Of a stretch of 64,000 bases of DNA, positions 12,831 through 26,890 are shown in pieces. Location: NCBI RefSeq assembly GCF_009914755.1, contig NC_060945.1, one strand, 5' to 3'. The notes beneath the pieces are model-generated. The model did no database searches. It saw only the letters and a program-made list of their open reading frames with translations, and was not told the origin of the DNA. The position numbers and the translations under genes were made by a program. Each line of letters starts with the position of its first letter. Position 1 is the stretch's first letter. The stretch is from the human T2T-CHM13v2.0 reference genome, Homo sapiens.

Positions 12831-14519
12831 AGAAATACTGCATTCAAGTTTAGGATTTCTCATATTATTATTGCCTTAGCAATGCTGTAATTAAGTGTCA
12901 AAGTTTCTATTGTGGATTGCTAATTACAGAGCTGAAACTTCCTGTGTAAAAATCACTCTGATATAAAAGTATAAATACATGTGTCAAGACACAGCTGAAG
13001 ACAATGCCAAAATGTTGTAAGTTTATTGGGGAGTAATTAAAAAACATTTTGGACTTTATTACTTTATTCTAGTGTAAGTAAGCCACTTTTCCTTAAGATG
13101 GTAATCAATTCTGGCTTTAATAAAGATGCCTCAATAGGGAGAAATATTTAGGTATTAGTTTCAAGACACACGAAAACTGTTGATACTTAGCAGGAGCCCT
13201 AAGCAAGAAATTAACATTTCATAGTTTATTCTTAAGATCCAGAAAAGAAGAAAATAGAGAAGTACTCCTTATAATTAATTTGAATGAACTGTTAATTATT
13301 ACATTAGCTGTTAAGGAACACCTCTCTCTCTATTGAAGTAATGTTTAATATGGAAACTTTCATTCAATGTTTCTTCAATGGCAGCTTGAAATAGATCACA
13401 TTTATTAAAGCCAAACACATACCTTTCATTTTTATGGAACAATATAAAAGTGGCCCTTGAAATAAGCTATGCAGTCACTTAAAATTTAGACGCTAGAGAA
13501 CAATTTAGTGCTGGAAGTTTATCTTCAAGGCCATCAAACTTAAGACCCTTATTTGCCAGATGAACGGGAGGTGTGCAAAGTGTTTGACTGAGACAAGCCA
13601 TGTGGTAACTGATCCAGGAACAAGCCCAGCCCTGTAACTCACTATGCTTACCTCCTCTGTCTGGTCCGATTCAAAAATAGGAAGGAAAGATGCTTTTTCG
13701 AATCTTTTCATATAAGTGGGACTAAACCCAGTAGAAATTTAACACTATCCTTTCTATAGTTTTTCAAATGGTTTTCAAAGGAAGAAAAATTCAACTGAGA
13801 TTATTTCAAAATTCGAGTCAAGTTGTAGCTTTTGACTGCCGCTTTCTTGCCACTCCCTAGAGGCAGTGGGGGGCTTCATGTGGGAGAAGTGGACCCTTTT
13901 CCTTTTTCTTTTACATCCCACTGGCAAGGGATCTATTCTAAGGATGAAAATGTCTCCAAAGCAAGCACGCCAACCACACTCCAGGTGGGAGGCATTACAA
14001 TTTGCAAAATGTCCTCCATTTCAGTCAATTACCGGCCAAAGATTTAATGGCTGGTCCAATGACATCCAGATTTAAAGAGTCCACTCACTGAATTAATGAA
14101 TGTGAAAATCACTGAGTTTTCAAAATGATTGGTCTGAGAACTCCCTCTCTAAGGAATGTGAATCATTGAGCAAACAGATGACTTCTGTGTCGTTAACAGT
14201 TTCCCAACACCGGATTGGATGAAGGGTTTCTTTGGCCCTTTGTTCATGGTTACTGAGACATAGGCTTAACCATTCCCTCCCTGACAGGATTTTCCAGCAT
14301 TACTCTGATTTGTTACTTCTGGGTCCTCTTCCTTGTTCTAGTTCCTCTTCCTCATTCTACTTCAGTTTTATTCCTATGTTCATTTTGTCCTGGAAGTTTC
14401 CAGTGTTTTTTTCCAATTATTTGCTTTCTCATCAGCTAGAGCATATTATCTGTATTATAAGTGAGAACACATGTTTGTTTAAGATATGGAGATACCTCCT
14501 AAATATAAAAATAATCTGA

Positions 14520-14882
<363 letters not shown>

Positions 14883-15096
14883 TTAAAAACATTTTAACCT
14901 TCTCTCCTTTGTATTTAGGGGAAGATACTGCTTTCCTCTCCAACCTTTCTATGAATCTTATCCCCTTCTACCTCATCAGTGGGACTTGCTCTATTGATCA
15001 TTCCCTCCTTTCATTGTACTGACACCTTCTCCCTCTCTCTGAGGTGTCCCTTAGAAAATAAACATACTCAATTTTCTTCTGTTTTAAAACTCCATC

Positions 15097-15575
15097 TTGG
15101 TACATATACATCATGGAGTACTATGCAGCCATATACAATAATTACATCCTGTCATTTACAGCAACATGGATGCAGCTGGAGGCCATTATCCTAAGTGAAT
15201 TAATACAGGAACAGAAAACCAAATTTCACATGTTCTCATTTGTAAGTGGGAGCTAAACATCAGGTACATGTAGAGATAAAGATGACAACAACAGACACTG
15301 GGGACTGCTAGAGAGGGAAGGGAAGAGGCAGAAAAGGGTTGAAAAGCCAACGATTGGGTACTATGCGCACTGTCTGGGTGATGGGATCATTCACACCCAG
15401 ATCTCAGCATCAGTAAACGACTTACACATGTGCCACCTCCACCTCCAGGGTTCAAATGATTCTCCTGCCTCAGCCTCCCTGGTAGCTGGGACTACAGGTG
15501 TGTGCCATCTGTAAAATAAAAGTTGAAGTTATAAAAATGTAAGAGAAATGAATAAAAATAATAAAATAAAATAAA
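15097..15575 (+). mobile_element. L1 (L1PB/L1MA-type) 3' end with an embedded Alu fragment
   Basis: tggtacatatac...catgttctca...gggagctaaac...A-rich tail; antisense Alu piece at about 15435-15507. Confidence 0.85.
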
Positions 15576-17049
15576 ATGAAATTTCATCTTGCCAGATCTG
15601 TATTCCTTGCCATGTATCTCTACACATCTTTTGGTCCTCTCTCACATTTCCCACTGCTATACACATTGAAATCTGCCTTTGGTCATCATGCTACCCACAA
15701 ACACCTTCCTAAAAATGTTATAGACTTCTTGGACATCCTAGCTACTATCTTTACCAAAACGCTTCCATATTTCTGCTTATTGATATTTCGGTAAAGGTCA
15801 CAACAAACCACTGTCTTCTAATGAGAGACAGTGAAGGGCATGTGCTCTGGAGAGAGATTTGGTTCTGTCTTGGCTTGATGCCTTAGCCACCCATCTCAGG
15901 CATGTTTCTGAATCCCCCCAAAAGTGCCTGTTCTACAAAATCAGGATAATAATAACATCAAATTCACAGGGCTGCCTTGAAGATTAAATAGAATGTGTGC
16001 AAAGAACCTGGTCCTGAGCAAACACCCAGGAAAAGTTTTCTGTTAATATTTGTCTCATTTGTTTTTGTTGTATTATGGTCCTTATTACTTCTCCACATAC
16101 GCATTCTCACTTTTCTTCCAGACTTCCTGATATACCTCAGTATTCTTCTCACTTGGCACACTCTCCCTAAGGCACCTCACCTATGTCTTCACAGCATTAC
16201 CTACCTCCTGTCAGGCCGTAAGTTCTGAATCTGTTGTCTTTAGTCCATGCCTGTTTCTGTTTGCCACCCTCAGCTCATTTTTCTCTCTTATTCTTTAATA
16301 AATATGTGCCTAGAGTGGACACTGTGATGTTCCACCCAGATGTCTTTTTCAGCTGCTTAGAGTGCTGTGGGCAGAACACCCTCAGCTCTCAGCCTCATTC
16401 AGGTATTACCTGGAAATAGGCATGTCACTCAAATTATTCCCCATTCATAGATGTAGCCCATATCCAGTGACTCATCAATATGGTCCTGACCGCTAGCCCT
16501 GTTAGCCCCATGGGGTTAACACTCAGGGGCTATTCTAGCTCCACAGCTCACTGTATGGTCAGATAAGGCCTTCATTAGCCCTGTATCCCAACTAAACTCC
16601 ATATGGCCAATCCTCTTCCTTACCTTCTTTTCCTAAGGTGTTGATCTCATAATAAACATAATGCACACTAATCTCTGCCTCAGAGTCTCATGCTCAGGGA
16701 ACCCAACCATTGACTGACACCTTATTCAAATGGATTAAATATGATTTCTGTTCTATGCTGTGTCTTAGTTCAGCCCTTTGACATTCCTCATCTGTACCAT
16801 TTCAAGAATGTCTTACCTAACCTCCTTGCCTCTGCCCTTTCTTACTACTTTCTGATTCATTTTCTATTGAAGAACCACAAAACCTTGTGGAATCAAACTC
16901 TGTACATGCCACCACCTTACTTAAAATTTTTCATTATTTCTCTGTTGCCTGTAAAATCAGATCCAAATTCCTTAGCATGACGCGTGAGACCAATTTTTGA
17001 ATGACCCCTGCCCAACTTTAAAACTTAGCTTCTGACCATGACTCCATTC

Positions 17050-18310
17050 CATGTCTTCACGGAGCTTACATTTTAGTGAGCATGATAAATACTAAACATG
17101 CAATTGCCAAAATACATATTATTAAAAATTAAGGTATAGCTATGGTTAAAAAATATATGGTATAAACAGAAATGATTTTAGTTTTAACTAAGGATTCTCT
17201 AATGAAGGAAGGGCACTCTGATAAAACAATATTGAAACTGCAACCTGAAGCTTGAGTAGAAATTAGCCAGATAATTCAACAAAGAGTGAGAGAAAGAGAA
17301 TTCTGGGCACAAGAGACCATCTGGGTAAAGGCACTGCAGGCAAAGAGAGTTTGGGTCAAATGCAAGTGGAAGACCAAGCCAGAGGAGGGTGAGAGAATTG
17401 AGATGAGGTTGCAAATGTAGACAAGGTCCAGATATGCAAGCAATGTGAACCATGTAATAATCTTCTAAGAGCAATGCAAAGCCAGTTAAAGATTTTCGGC
17501 ATGGGACTCACACAATCAAGACTCAAGCCTGCTTAAAAACAAAACAAAAGGCCACGTGCGGTAGCTCATGCCTATAATCCCAGCACTTTGGGAGGCTGTG
17601 GTGGGCAGATCACGAGGTCAGGAGTTCAAGACCAGCCTGACCAACATGGTGAAACCCTATCTCTACTAAAAATATGAAAATTAGCCGTCTGTGGCGGCAC
17701 ATGCTTGTAATCCTAGCTACTCAGGAGGCTGAGGCAGGAGAATCACTTGAACCCAGGAGGCAGTGGTTGCAGTGAGCCAAGATTGCAGCACTGCACTCCA
17801 GCCTGGGTGACAGCAAGACTCTGTATCAAAAAAAAAAAAAAAAAAAAAAAAAACCACACAGAAAAAACACCAACCACCAAAACAATATGGCTGTTTGGAG
17901 AAATTAATTAGAAAGAACAAAATTGAACACGAAGAAACCATTTAGAAGGTTATTGCGATAGTCCAAGTGAGAGATGATGAGAGATGATAGAAGCTGGATT
18001 AGAGTAGGGGCAATGTAGGAGTGGATGGCTTTACACTATGTAGAGGAGCTACAGTTGCTGAAGGTGGGTGATGGACTGGAGGTGGGGGAAGGTTTCAGAG
18101 ATGCCTGTTGTACTGTTGACATGAGCATCATTGTACTCGGAGTTGCATTTACCGTGACGTGAGACACTGAAGGTTGAGTGACCTTTTAGAAAAAGATTAA
18201 GAGTTCAATTTTTAGATGTGAAGTCTGAGCTGCCTGTGAGCCATACCAGTAAATAATTTAGGAATTAGATGTTTTGGAGCACTTAGGGATAATCTGGGCT
18301 GTACACATAT
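17050..18310 (+). mobile_element. L2 fragment interrupted by an Alu
   Basis: L2-like motifs (ggagcttacattttagt, gtccaagtgagagatgatg); boundaries approximate. Confidence 0.6.
17550..17852 (+). mobile_element. AluS (Sg-like)
   Basis: Full dimer with gatcacgaggtcaggagttc and a poly-A tail. Confidence 0.93.
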
Positions 18311-18660
18311 GCAAGAATCCATAACCTCCATCCTGTCCACAAATTATCTCTGATTAGATCACAATCAGTGAGACAAATCTGCTAATAAGGGCTGCTGACT
18401 AATGGTATTCTTATGTCCTCCTGAGACTTGTACTGAGGTCTTAGGGAATCTAATATATGTTGAGGAGTTTTTTGCTTTCCTCTGAAAAAATGTGTTAGTT
18501 TTACTTTCAGCATCAGCTTGAAATGAATAGAAGTAGAGGTATAACATCCGAATGGAAAAATTAGGACACAAAGCATCCTTCTCTTGCCTTGTCTCCCCTT
18601 TCACGGGTTCCAAACCAGAAAATATTAAAACATTCTCACAACTTACTGTATGTCTATTTT

Positions 18661-18975
<315 letters not shown>

Positions 18976-19114
18976 TGTGGGTCTATTTTGAAAGAGAATG
19001 CCCTGTCTCCCACAGTAGCCAGTTCAAATTTTAACAGATACAAATGAGTCAAAAAAGCTTTAACTGGATGCCCATTAAGCTGATTTGAAGTTGTGTTTAA
19101 GTATATTTATGCAT

Positions 19115-19141
19115 ACACACACACACACACACACACACACA
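19115..19141. repeat. (CA)n microsatellite
   Basis: Direct observation. Confidence 0.9.
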
Positions 19142-20544
19142 TCCCCACTCTGTTATTGCTCATTGTATTGTTGACTTTCATATATCTGTTCCCCCTACAT
19201 AAAGTACCTTCTCAATTCCCTCTTCATGTCAACACATGCACATTGCCCACTTAATACTTATTCATTCTCCTTTGGATTTTGGTCCAAATTTAGTTACAAG
19301 AGAAACTTGCCCTGAATTCTCAGATCATAACAGCTTTGACAAAATCCCCATCCCTGCCATTTTTTCAGTCTTTCATAGTACTATGCATTTTTCTTCACAG
19401 CATTTTTTCACAAGTTCTATATAAATATACATTTCCATTCATAAAGTCATTTCCCGTCTGGAGTACAGATTCTATAAGAACAGAGACTTGTGTCCATTGT
19501 CTAGTCCTATTCTATTCTATTCTATTCTATCCCATTCTATTACCATTCTATTCCCAGTGCAGATCATGAATTCCCTGATCCATAGTTGATGCCCAAGAAA
19601 TATTGTTTGAATGAATAATGAAGTAATTGATCAAAACAATGTTTGTTTAGCTGGGCCATCCTTTAATTTAAGGTTCTGTGTTTAATTATATTTTCCTAAA
19701 TTATACATTTTCAGTTTGAGTACTTTTCTACATCAGTAAAGACTGGATTTATATAATGAAATATTATCTTATTTGTTCTTTTTTAAAAAACAACAACAGT
19801 TTTGTATTCCAGAAATGCATTCAGGGGTGACCTAAAACCATCTAAATAAAGTTTAATACCACCACCCACTCAATCAAATTTATCCCATTAACTCACATTT
19901 GTGACCTCAAATTTCAACTATTTTAAGTCTACTTGCAAATCAGCATTGCAAATACACTTTTCTGTGAAACCAATCCGCAAAATCCAGAGTTCGCTCCAGG
20001 CAAAGCAAATGTATTAATTGTATGTGTTTTTATTTCTGTGCACAGATTTGAGTATATACTATAGAAATCTTTGAATTTATCCTTCTCCTTTTCTTCTTCC
20101 CTTTTTTTTTTTTTTTTTTTTTTTGCATTTCAAATAGCTGCCAAAATAATTTAAGAAGACTAGTAAAAAAAAAAAGACAGCTTGTGATTCATGAAAAAAA
20201 ATGAGGATTTTGGTGACAGGGTAAAACAAAGCTAGGCAATAAAAGATAAAAATGGCATGAGGTTTGTCCACAAAATAAATGCCACATTTGCTAAACATTA
20301 GCCATGAATTTGCCTGTAAAGATTTTAGGAGCAAGGCAGAGTGTCTGTGCAACAAAAACCCATTTTTTTTTTCAGGAGTTGTATAACTCTTCATGTCTCT
20401 GATACTAGAAAGAAATTTCTTTCATTGTGGAATACAATGAGCAACATTTTTATAGTAAATAAAGTTGCCACATTTGCCCTGGTGTTCCTTATTTTACTGG
20501 AGCGCAAAGAATGTGGTCCAGGTGTTCAGGTCTTAAACATTTAT

Positions 20545-20960
20545 ATCAGTGGTTCTCAGCCCTGACTTCATATTGGAATCACCTTTGGGACCTTTGAAAC
20601 AATAGCAATGCCTGGGCCCCACCCCAGATCTATTAAAGCAGAACCTGGAGGTGGGGCTCTGGAATCAGCATTTTTATTTTTGTTTTTGTTTTATTTTGTT
20701 ATAGTTGCATCAGTATTTTCAAAGCACCCCTTGCAATACTAACATGCAGACTGGAATCAGAAGCACTCCTTTGAGTTTCTGTTCCAGTGGTTCTCAGTTT
20801 TGATTTTTAATTGGAATTATATAGAGAGGCTTATTAAAACTTATCAGGTTCCACATCAAACCAATGAAATCAAAATAGCTAAAGATGGGAGGAGGCACCA
20901 GGTTTTTTTTTTTTTTTTTAAGTGTCTTAGATGATTCTAGTGGGCAGCTGGGGTTGAGAC
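20545..20960. mobile_element. Two MER5-type DNA transposon remnants
   Basis: cagtggttctca starts at about 20547 and 20785; gcctgggccccaccccaga motif. Confidence 0.7.
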
Positions 20961-22631
20961 CCCTGACCTATAGTGAATAGATGGATTGTATATCCTTAAG
21001 GCAATTCTGCATTACTATGGTTTGTTATGGTTTGTCCCAGTAAAACTTTTAAGGCTTAAGGGTAACTTTGAAGTTATACCCCTTGAGAAGAACCTAGAGT
21101 GTAAAGATGGTAAATTTAATCATTAATGGTTAAATTCAGTTTTATGTGAGTAGGTGGTAAAAAAGCTCTGAAATAAAAGAATTCTATTGAATTCTATAGA
21201 ATTCATTGCTCTTATGTTATTTTTAAAAAATGGGGAGGGCATGATATTTATCAATTATAATTAAAAACACTTTAACTGGGGCATTAGCAAAGTGCTTCTC
21301 AACTGTGAATGATGTTCAAATAGCTTAGAAAAACAAGTTTTTTAGCAACATATTTATGATATATTACTTCAACTATTTTCAGATAAAAACATGGTATAAA
21401 CTTTCAAAAACCATAAAACCAAAACAATTATAAATACTAACAAACGGTACATGCAATAATATTTAAATTATTAATGTTACTTCTATTTGGTAGATAATCC
21501 TGAGCTTTTTAAAATTAAATTCTGGATGTTAGATTTACTAGAAGAAAGATGTCTTTTCATAATTTGTCCTCTACTTCTCATTTTTTATTTATTAGATTTC
21601 AAGTATGGTATGCCATTGCTTGAGGCAATCATTTATTACTGCCATTTTTTTTTCTTTTTAACAATGAGATTGTCCTTAATGTGATTCAGTATTCTGATGA
21701 GCCAAAGCATTTGAGTCATGCCTCTAAGTAAAATACAAGCAAATTAAAAAATACTGTTCTTTATTGCATATTTACTTCTACACTTACTACTAATGAGCTG
21801 CACAAAGGTCAGATGTGCTCCTTATATTTGATCCAAATATGAGAAAAGTGCAGAAAGATTTTTTTTTTCATTTTGTATTGTCTATTTCTGTATATTGTAA
21901 AGACTCAACACCTTACTAACTGGCTTTGTGAGTAACTCTACATATGTACAGGATCACATGAGCATATTTGACCTTTATTTTATTACATAACTTAATAAAG
22001 ATTAATTTTAAATATATTGCAAGTTCTCACCGCAAAAAATCATATTGTGTAAATAACAAAAATAATGTAACAAGTAACCACGTTATGCAGACCAAATGTA
22101 CTTATTTTAAAATTTAGACAGGTCAACCTGAAAGAAATCAGATGCATATCAAGAACATTCAATGTGCAACATTTTTATTTCAGTGAATAACTTGGGTCAA
22201 TGTGATTATTAACACACTACTAAATCCAGAACATGGATTCATATAGCAGTAGGAAGTATAGTTGTTATTCAGATAATCCAAAGTAACTAAAAACTCTAAT
22301 TGAGTAGATATGTCTCTCTAAATATTTTGGAGACTTCCAGGTTCCTATAGATATCAGTATAAAAGATGCCAAGTTATCTTTCTAACCCTCTGGTCCTGCT
22401 TTTGCATAAATGAATTAAATGAGATAAATAACATAAGTAAGTTAACTAGGTGAAAACAATAAATATATTTTCCATATACTAATTTTATAGTCAAAAATTG
22501 ATCAAAATATATTTGTTTAATAATTGTTTTTATGACATTCCTTTAAGATAACCTGAATAGTCAATTTTATTATACTTTAATACTTTATACAGACTTTATT
22601 TTTAGAATGGCTTTAGTTTTGCAAAAATTAA

Positions 22632-22942
<311 letters not shown>

Positions 22943-23711
22943 TGCCTCGTACAGAGTGTTCTTATACCCCACACTCACTTTCCCTTATTACTCACTGTAG
23001 ATTGAAATAGGGCATTTCTCACAATAAATAAACCAATATTCATACTTTGTTATTAACTGAAGCTCATAATTTATTCAGATTTTTTAGTTTTTAGCTAATG
23101 TCCTTTGTTTATTGCAGGATCCTATCCAGGGTGCCAAATTACCTTTGTCATGTCTCCTTCCTTAGGTTTCTCTTGTCTGTGACGGTTTCTCGGATTTTCC
23201 ATTTTTGATGACCTTGACAGTTGAGGAGTACTACCCAGTTATTTTGTAGGGTGACCTTCTACTGGAATCTGTTTGATGTTTCTCTCATAATTAGACTAAG
23301 AGTACGAATTTGGGGAAAGAAGATCACAGAGATAAAGTACCATTTTCATCACATCGTATCGAGTACATACTATCAATATGATTCATGACTGTTGGTGCTG
23401 ACCTCGTTCATCTGGCTGAGGTAGGGTTTGTCAGATTTCTCCACTGTTAAGTTACTCTCTTCCACTTTCCATACTGTACTCTTCAAAAAGAACTTACTAT
23501 ACACAGCACACACTTAATGAGTGGAGTATAACTGTTTGGAATTTTTTTGCATATGAGATCCTTTATCCCCCATTTATTAATTTATTCAATCACTTAATTA
23601 CATCAGAATGGATTCATGACCTATGTTTTATTCTTTGAGTTGTAATCCCAAACCACTTTGTTTTCTTGCTCAAATTGTTCTAGCTTTGGCCACTGGAAGT
23701 TCTTTCAGTTG

Positions 23712-24011
23712 TTTTCTTTTTTATTTTTGGAGACAGGGTCTCACTTTGTCACGCAGGCTGGAGTGCAGTGGCAGGAACACAGCTCACTGCAGCCTTGACC
23801 TCCCAGGCTCAAGTGATCCTCTCGCCTCAGCCCCCAAGTAGGTGGGCCTACAGGCACCCTCCACCACACCTGGCTGATTTTTGTATTTTTTGTAGGCACA
23901 GGGTTTTGCCATGTTGCCCAGGCTGGTGTCGAACTCCTGCGCTCAATCAGTTCTCCTGCCTTGGCCTCCCGAGATGCTGGGATTATTAGGCGTGAGCTAC
24001 AGCGCCTGGCC
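23712..24011 (-). mobile_element. AluJ
   Basis: Antisense Alu with J-type cagccttgacctcccaggctcaag. Confidence 0.9.
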
Positions 24012-25341
24012 TCAGCTGTTTTCTAAGTGCCTTTAAAATAGCACTTCCTTTCTTTATAGCACTACAAAATGCCCCATGTTCATCTTTTTTATTTCTTGAC
24101 CCAGCCCCCAAATCAGCCATTTCTCCATTTATTTTAACCCACTCTGCTAACATAGCAAAGAAATATATGCATGTCTACTAAGATGTGCATACACACAAGC
24201 ACACATATTCAAACACATTTAGACCCCAAATCCTTGCAATTATTGATTTACTGACTTTGTAAGCACATTGAGAATAGATGCCTTGAACTTATTATCTGAT
24301 GTCTTTCTAGCAACAGACAAAATACCAGGCATATAAACTAGTGCAAGATGGCCGTACAGTTTATTGGATAAATAAATAAAGGAATAGTCTATTTCTGTTA
24401 ATTATATACTATGACTTTTTAAAATTTCATTAAATATCTTTCTATGAGATATTTTTTAGGGCTGAGTATCAGTCTATTATATCACTCTTTATTAGTATAA
24501 GCATTAAAGATAAAATATATAAAGCACCTGATTCAATGCTGAACTAATAGGATGTACACAAGAAAATCCTTTATCCAATCTCCCTTAGCGTGTTTCTAAT
24601 ATTTAAATTACTTAAATTGTCTTTTGAGCCATTCTGATTATTTTCTTGGACTTGTAATTATCAGACCAAATAACACATAATACAAATACTATACAAAATA
24701 TTTGTATATATTTTAATTGCTTTATTCCAGCAGTTGTTCGAAAGTATCCAAATACTCTGTTTCTTCACCATCACTGTTATGATACAACGAAAAATTTCAA
24801 TTTAACAAGTGAAATATTGTATTTTCTCATTGTTAGAAATGACATTTCTTTGCTTACTGGCGAGGCAAAACTATTTTTCATGTCTCTTCAACGTATTCAT
24901 TTTATTTGATCATTTTTGCTTTTGGCATATATGCTTTAAAATTATTTATAGTAACTCTTTATATAGCAGAAATAAGAATATGAAATCTAAATCCACGTAA
25001 ATAGCTTTATTTATTGTCTGCCTTTTAATTTTATTTATGCTTTCTTTTGATATACAAACTTCATACAGTATTTATATAATACTGATGTATTACAGTTATA
25101 TCAGTTAATATTTTCCCTTATGCTTTCTATTTTTCTTGACTTCCTCTGTACATTCTTCTATAACTATTCTAGTTCTCAGGAAGATCTGCCCATATAAATT
25201 TTAATGCATGATGTGAGAAGAGGAATTCATTCTCTTTTTCACATTTTTTAGTTTTTATCTATGCCTTTTATTTATCAATACTTTTTATTGAAATAGCTAT
25301 TGTCTTACTTTTTTTCAACACATTGTCTTTGTTGTATACTC

Positions 25342-25705
25342 TAGTAAGCAGAATAGTGGTTCCCCAAAGATGTTCACATCTTAATCCCTGGAATTTGTGA
25401 CTATGATAGTTACAAAACAAAGAAGAATTATGTCTGAAGGTGAACTTCAGTGATTGCAGATGACCTTAAGATAGGGAGATCGTCCTAGATCAGCGGGATA
25501 GATCTGAAGTAATCAAGAGGATCCTTAATGTGGGAGGCGGAAGGGGACGAACCAGAGCGATAGCAGCCTGTGTGGCTTTCAAGATGGAGGACGGAAGCCA
25601 CAACCTGAGGAACACAGGCAACTTCTAAGAGCTGGAAAGAGCAAAGAAACAGATTCTCCAAAGCTTCTAACAGGAACACAGTCATACCGAACCCTTGATT
25701 TTAAA
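25342..25705 (+). mobile_element. MLT1 (D/E-like) LTR
   Basis: gcagaatagtggttccccaaagatgttcacatc...aaacagattctcc. Confidence 0.75.
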
Positions 25706-26710
25706 TTCGAACGCCTTCATCCCTGTCTATCACTTTACTCTGCTTTATGTATTTTTAATTACTTATCACTATCGCACATTATATAATCAACCTATATGTT
25801 GATTTTTAAATTGTTTTTCTGCTTACTCTAAATAAACTCTGAGAATAATAACCTATTCTGTTTTATGTACTAATATATTCCCAATATTTAGACAAGTGCC
25901 AGGAAGATAGTGTGTGTTTAGCAAATGTTTTTGGAGTTATTTCACTTATTAAAAGCATACTTGGATTTTTTTCTGGATTTTCTAGTCCACTTCATAAACG
26001 TATACAATGTAGTATGTTAGGAAACTATTCATATTCTTTGTCTGCTTTTACAGTTGTGTTGGATTTTTAGTTTATTTTCACATTAATAACATAATATTTT
26101 AGTTATAATATTATTTAAAAGTTCTGAACAATCTTCTCTTATTCTACTTTTTAAATGTTTTGCGCTTTTTTCCAGCTGAACTTCAAAATTGTTCTGTTAA
26201 AACAGGAAAAAAAAAGCTACATAAGATTCTGATTAGAAATATGTAAATGATATGATCATGTTGGGGATGATCTGAAGTTTTACAATTTATATCGTAAAGT
26301 TTTCTAATTTATATCCTTTCATAATTATTTAGATAGTTTGGATTTGGGGGTGGGGAGGAGCAGTTATTAGTTTTATTCCTAGGGGTCATATTTTTGTTGT
26401 CACTACAAATTAGATTATTTATCTATTGTAATTTTAAACTGTAAAATAAGAATATTATTAATTTAATGCTCTCATTTTGCTACTAGCTAAGTTCCTGAAC
26501 TATCTATGTAGTTCTAATGGTTGTCTACATTTTACAGATGATGAAATGAGGCAACTAGAGACAGCTAATTCGAGCTCACATTTATCTCAGTTCAAATGCT
26601 GTTTTCCAGGTTCTTTTTCCCATTAGACTGTAAGCTCATATCTTCAGAAGCTGTGTCATTTCATGGCTTCTCTACCCCATCCCCATAGAAACAGCTATTA
26701 CAACACAAAA

Positions 26711-26890
26711 CAGTGATTCTCAATTGGGGGATGTTCCCTACCCCGCCCAGGGAAAATCTGAAAATATTTGGAGACACTTTTGGTTGTCACACTGGGAAGG
26801 TTCTACTGGTATCGAGTGAGCAGAGCCTATAGATGCTGCTGAACATCGTACATCACACAGCATAGGCCCCTGAGCAAAGAATCATGGCTA
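26711..26890 (+). mobile_element. MER20-like DNA transposon
   Basis: cagtgattctcaa...ggagacacttttggttgtcac...gatgctgctgaacatc. Confidence 0.75.
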
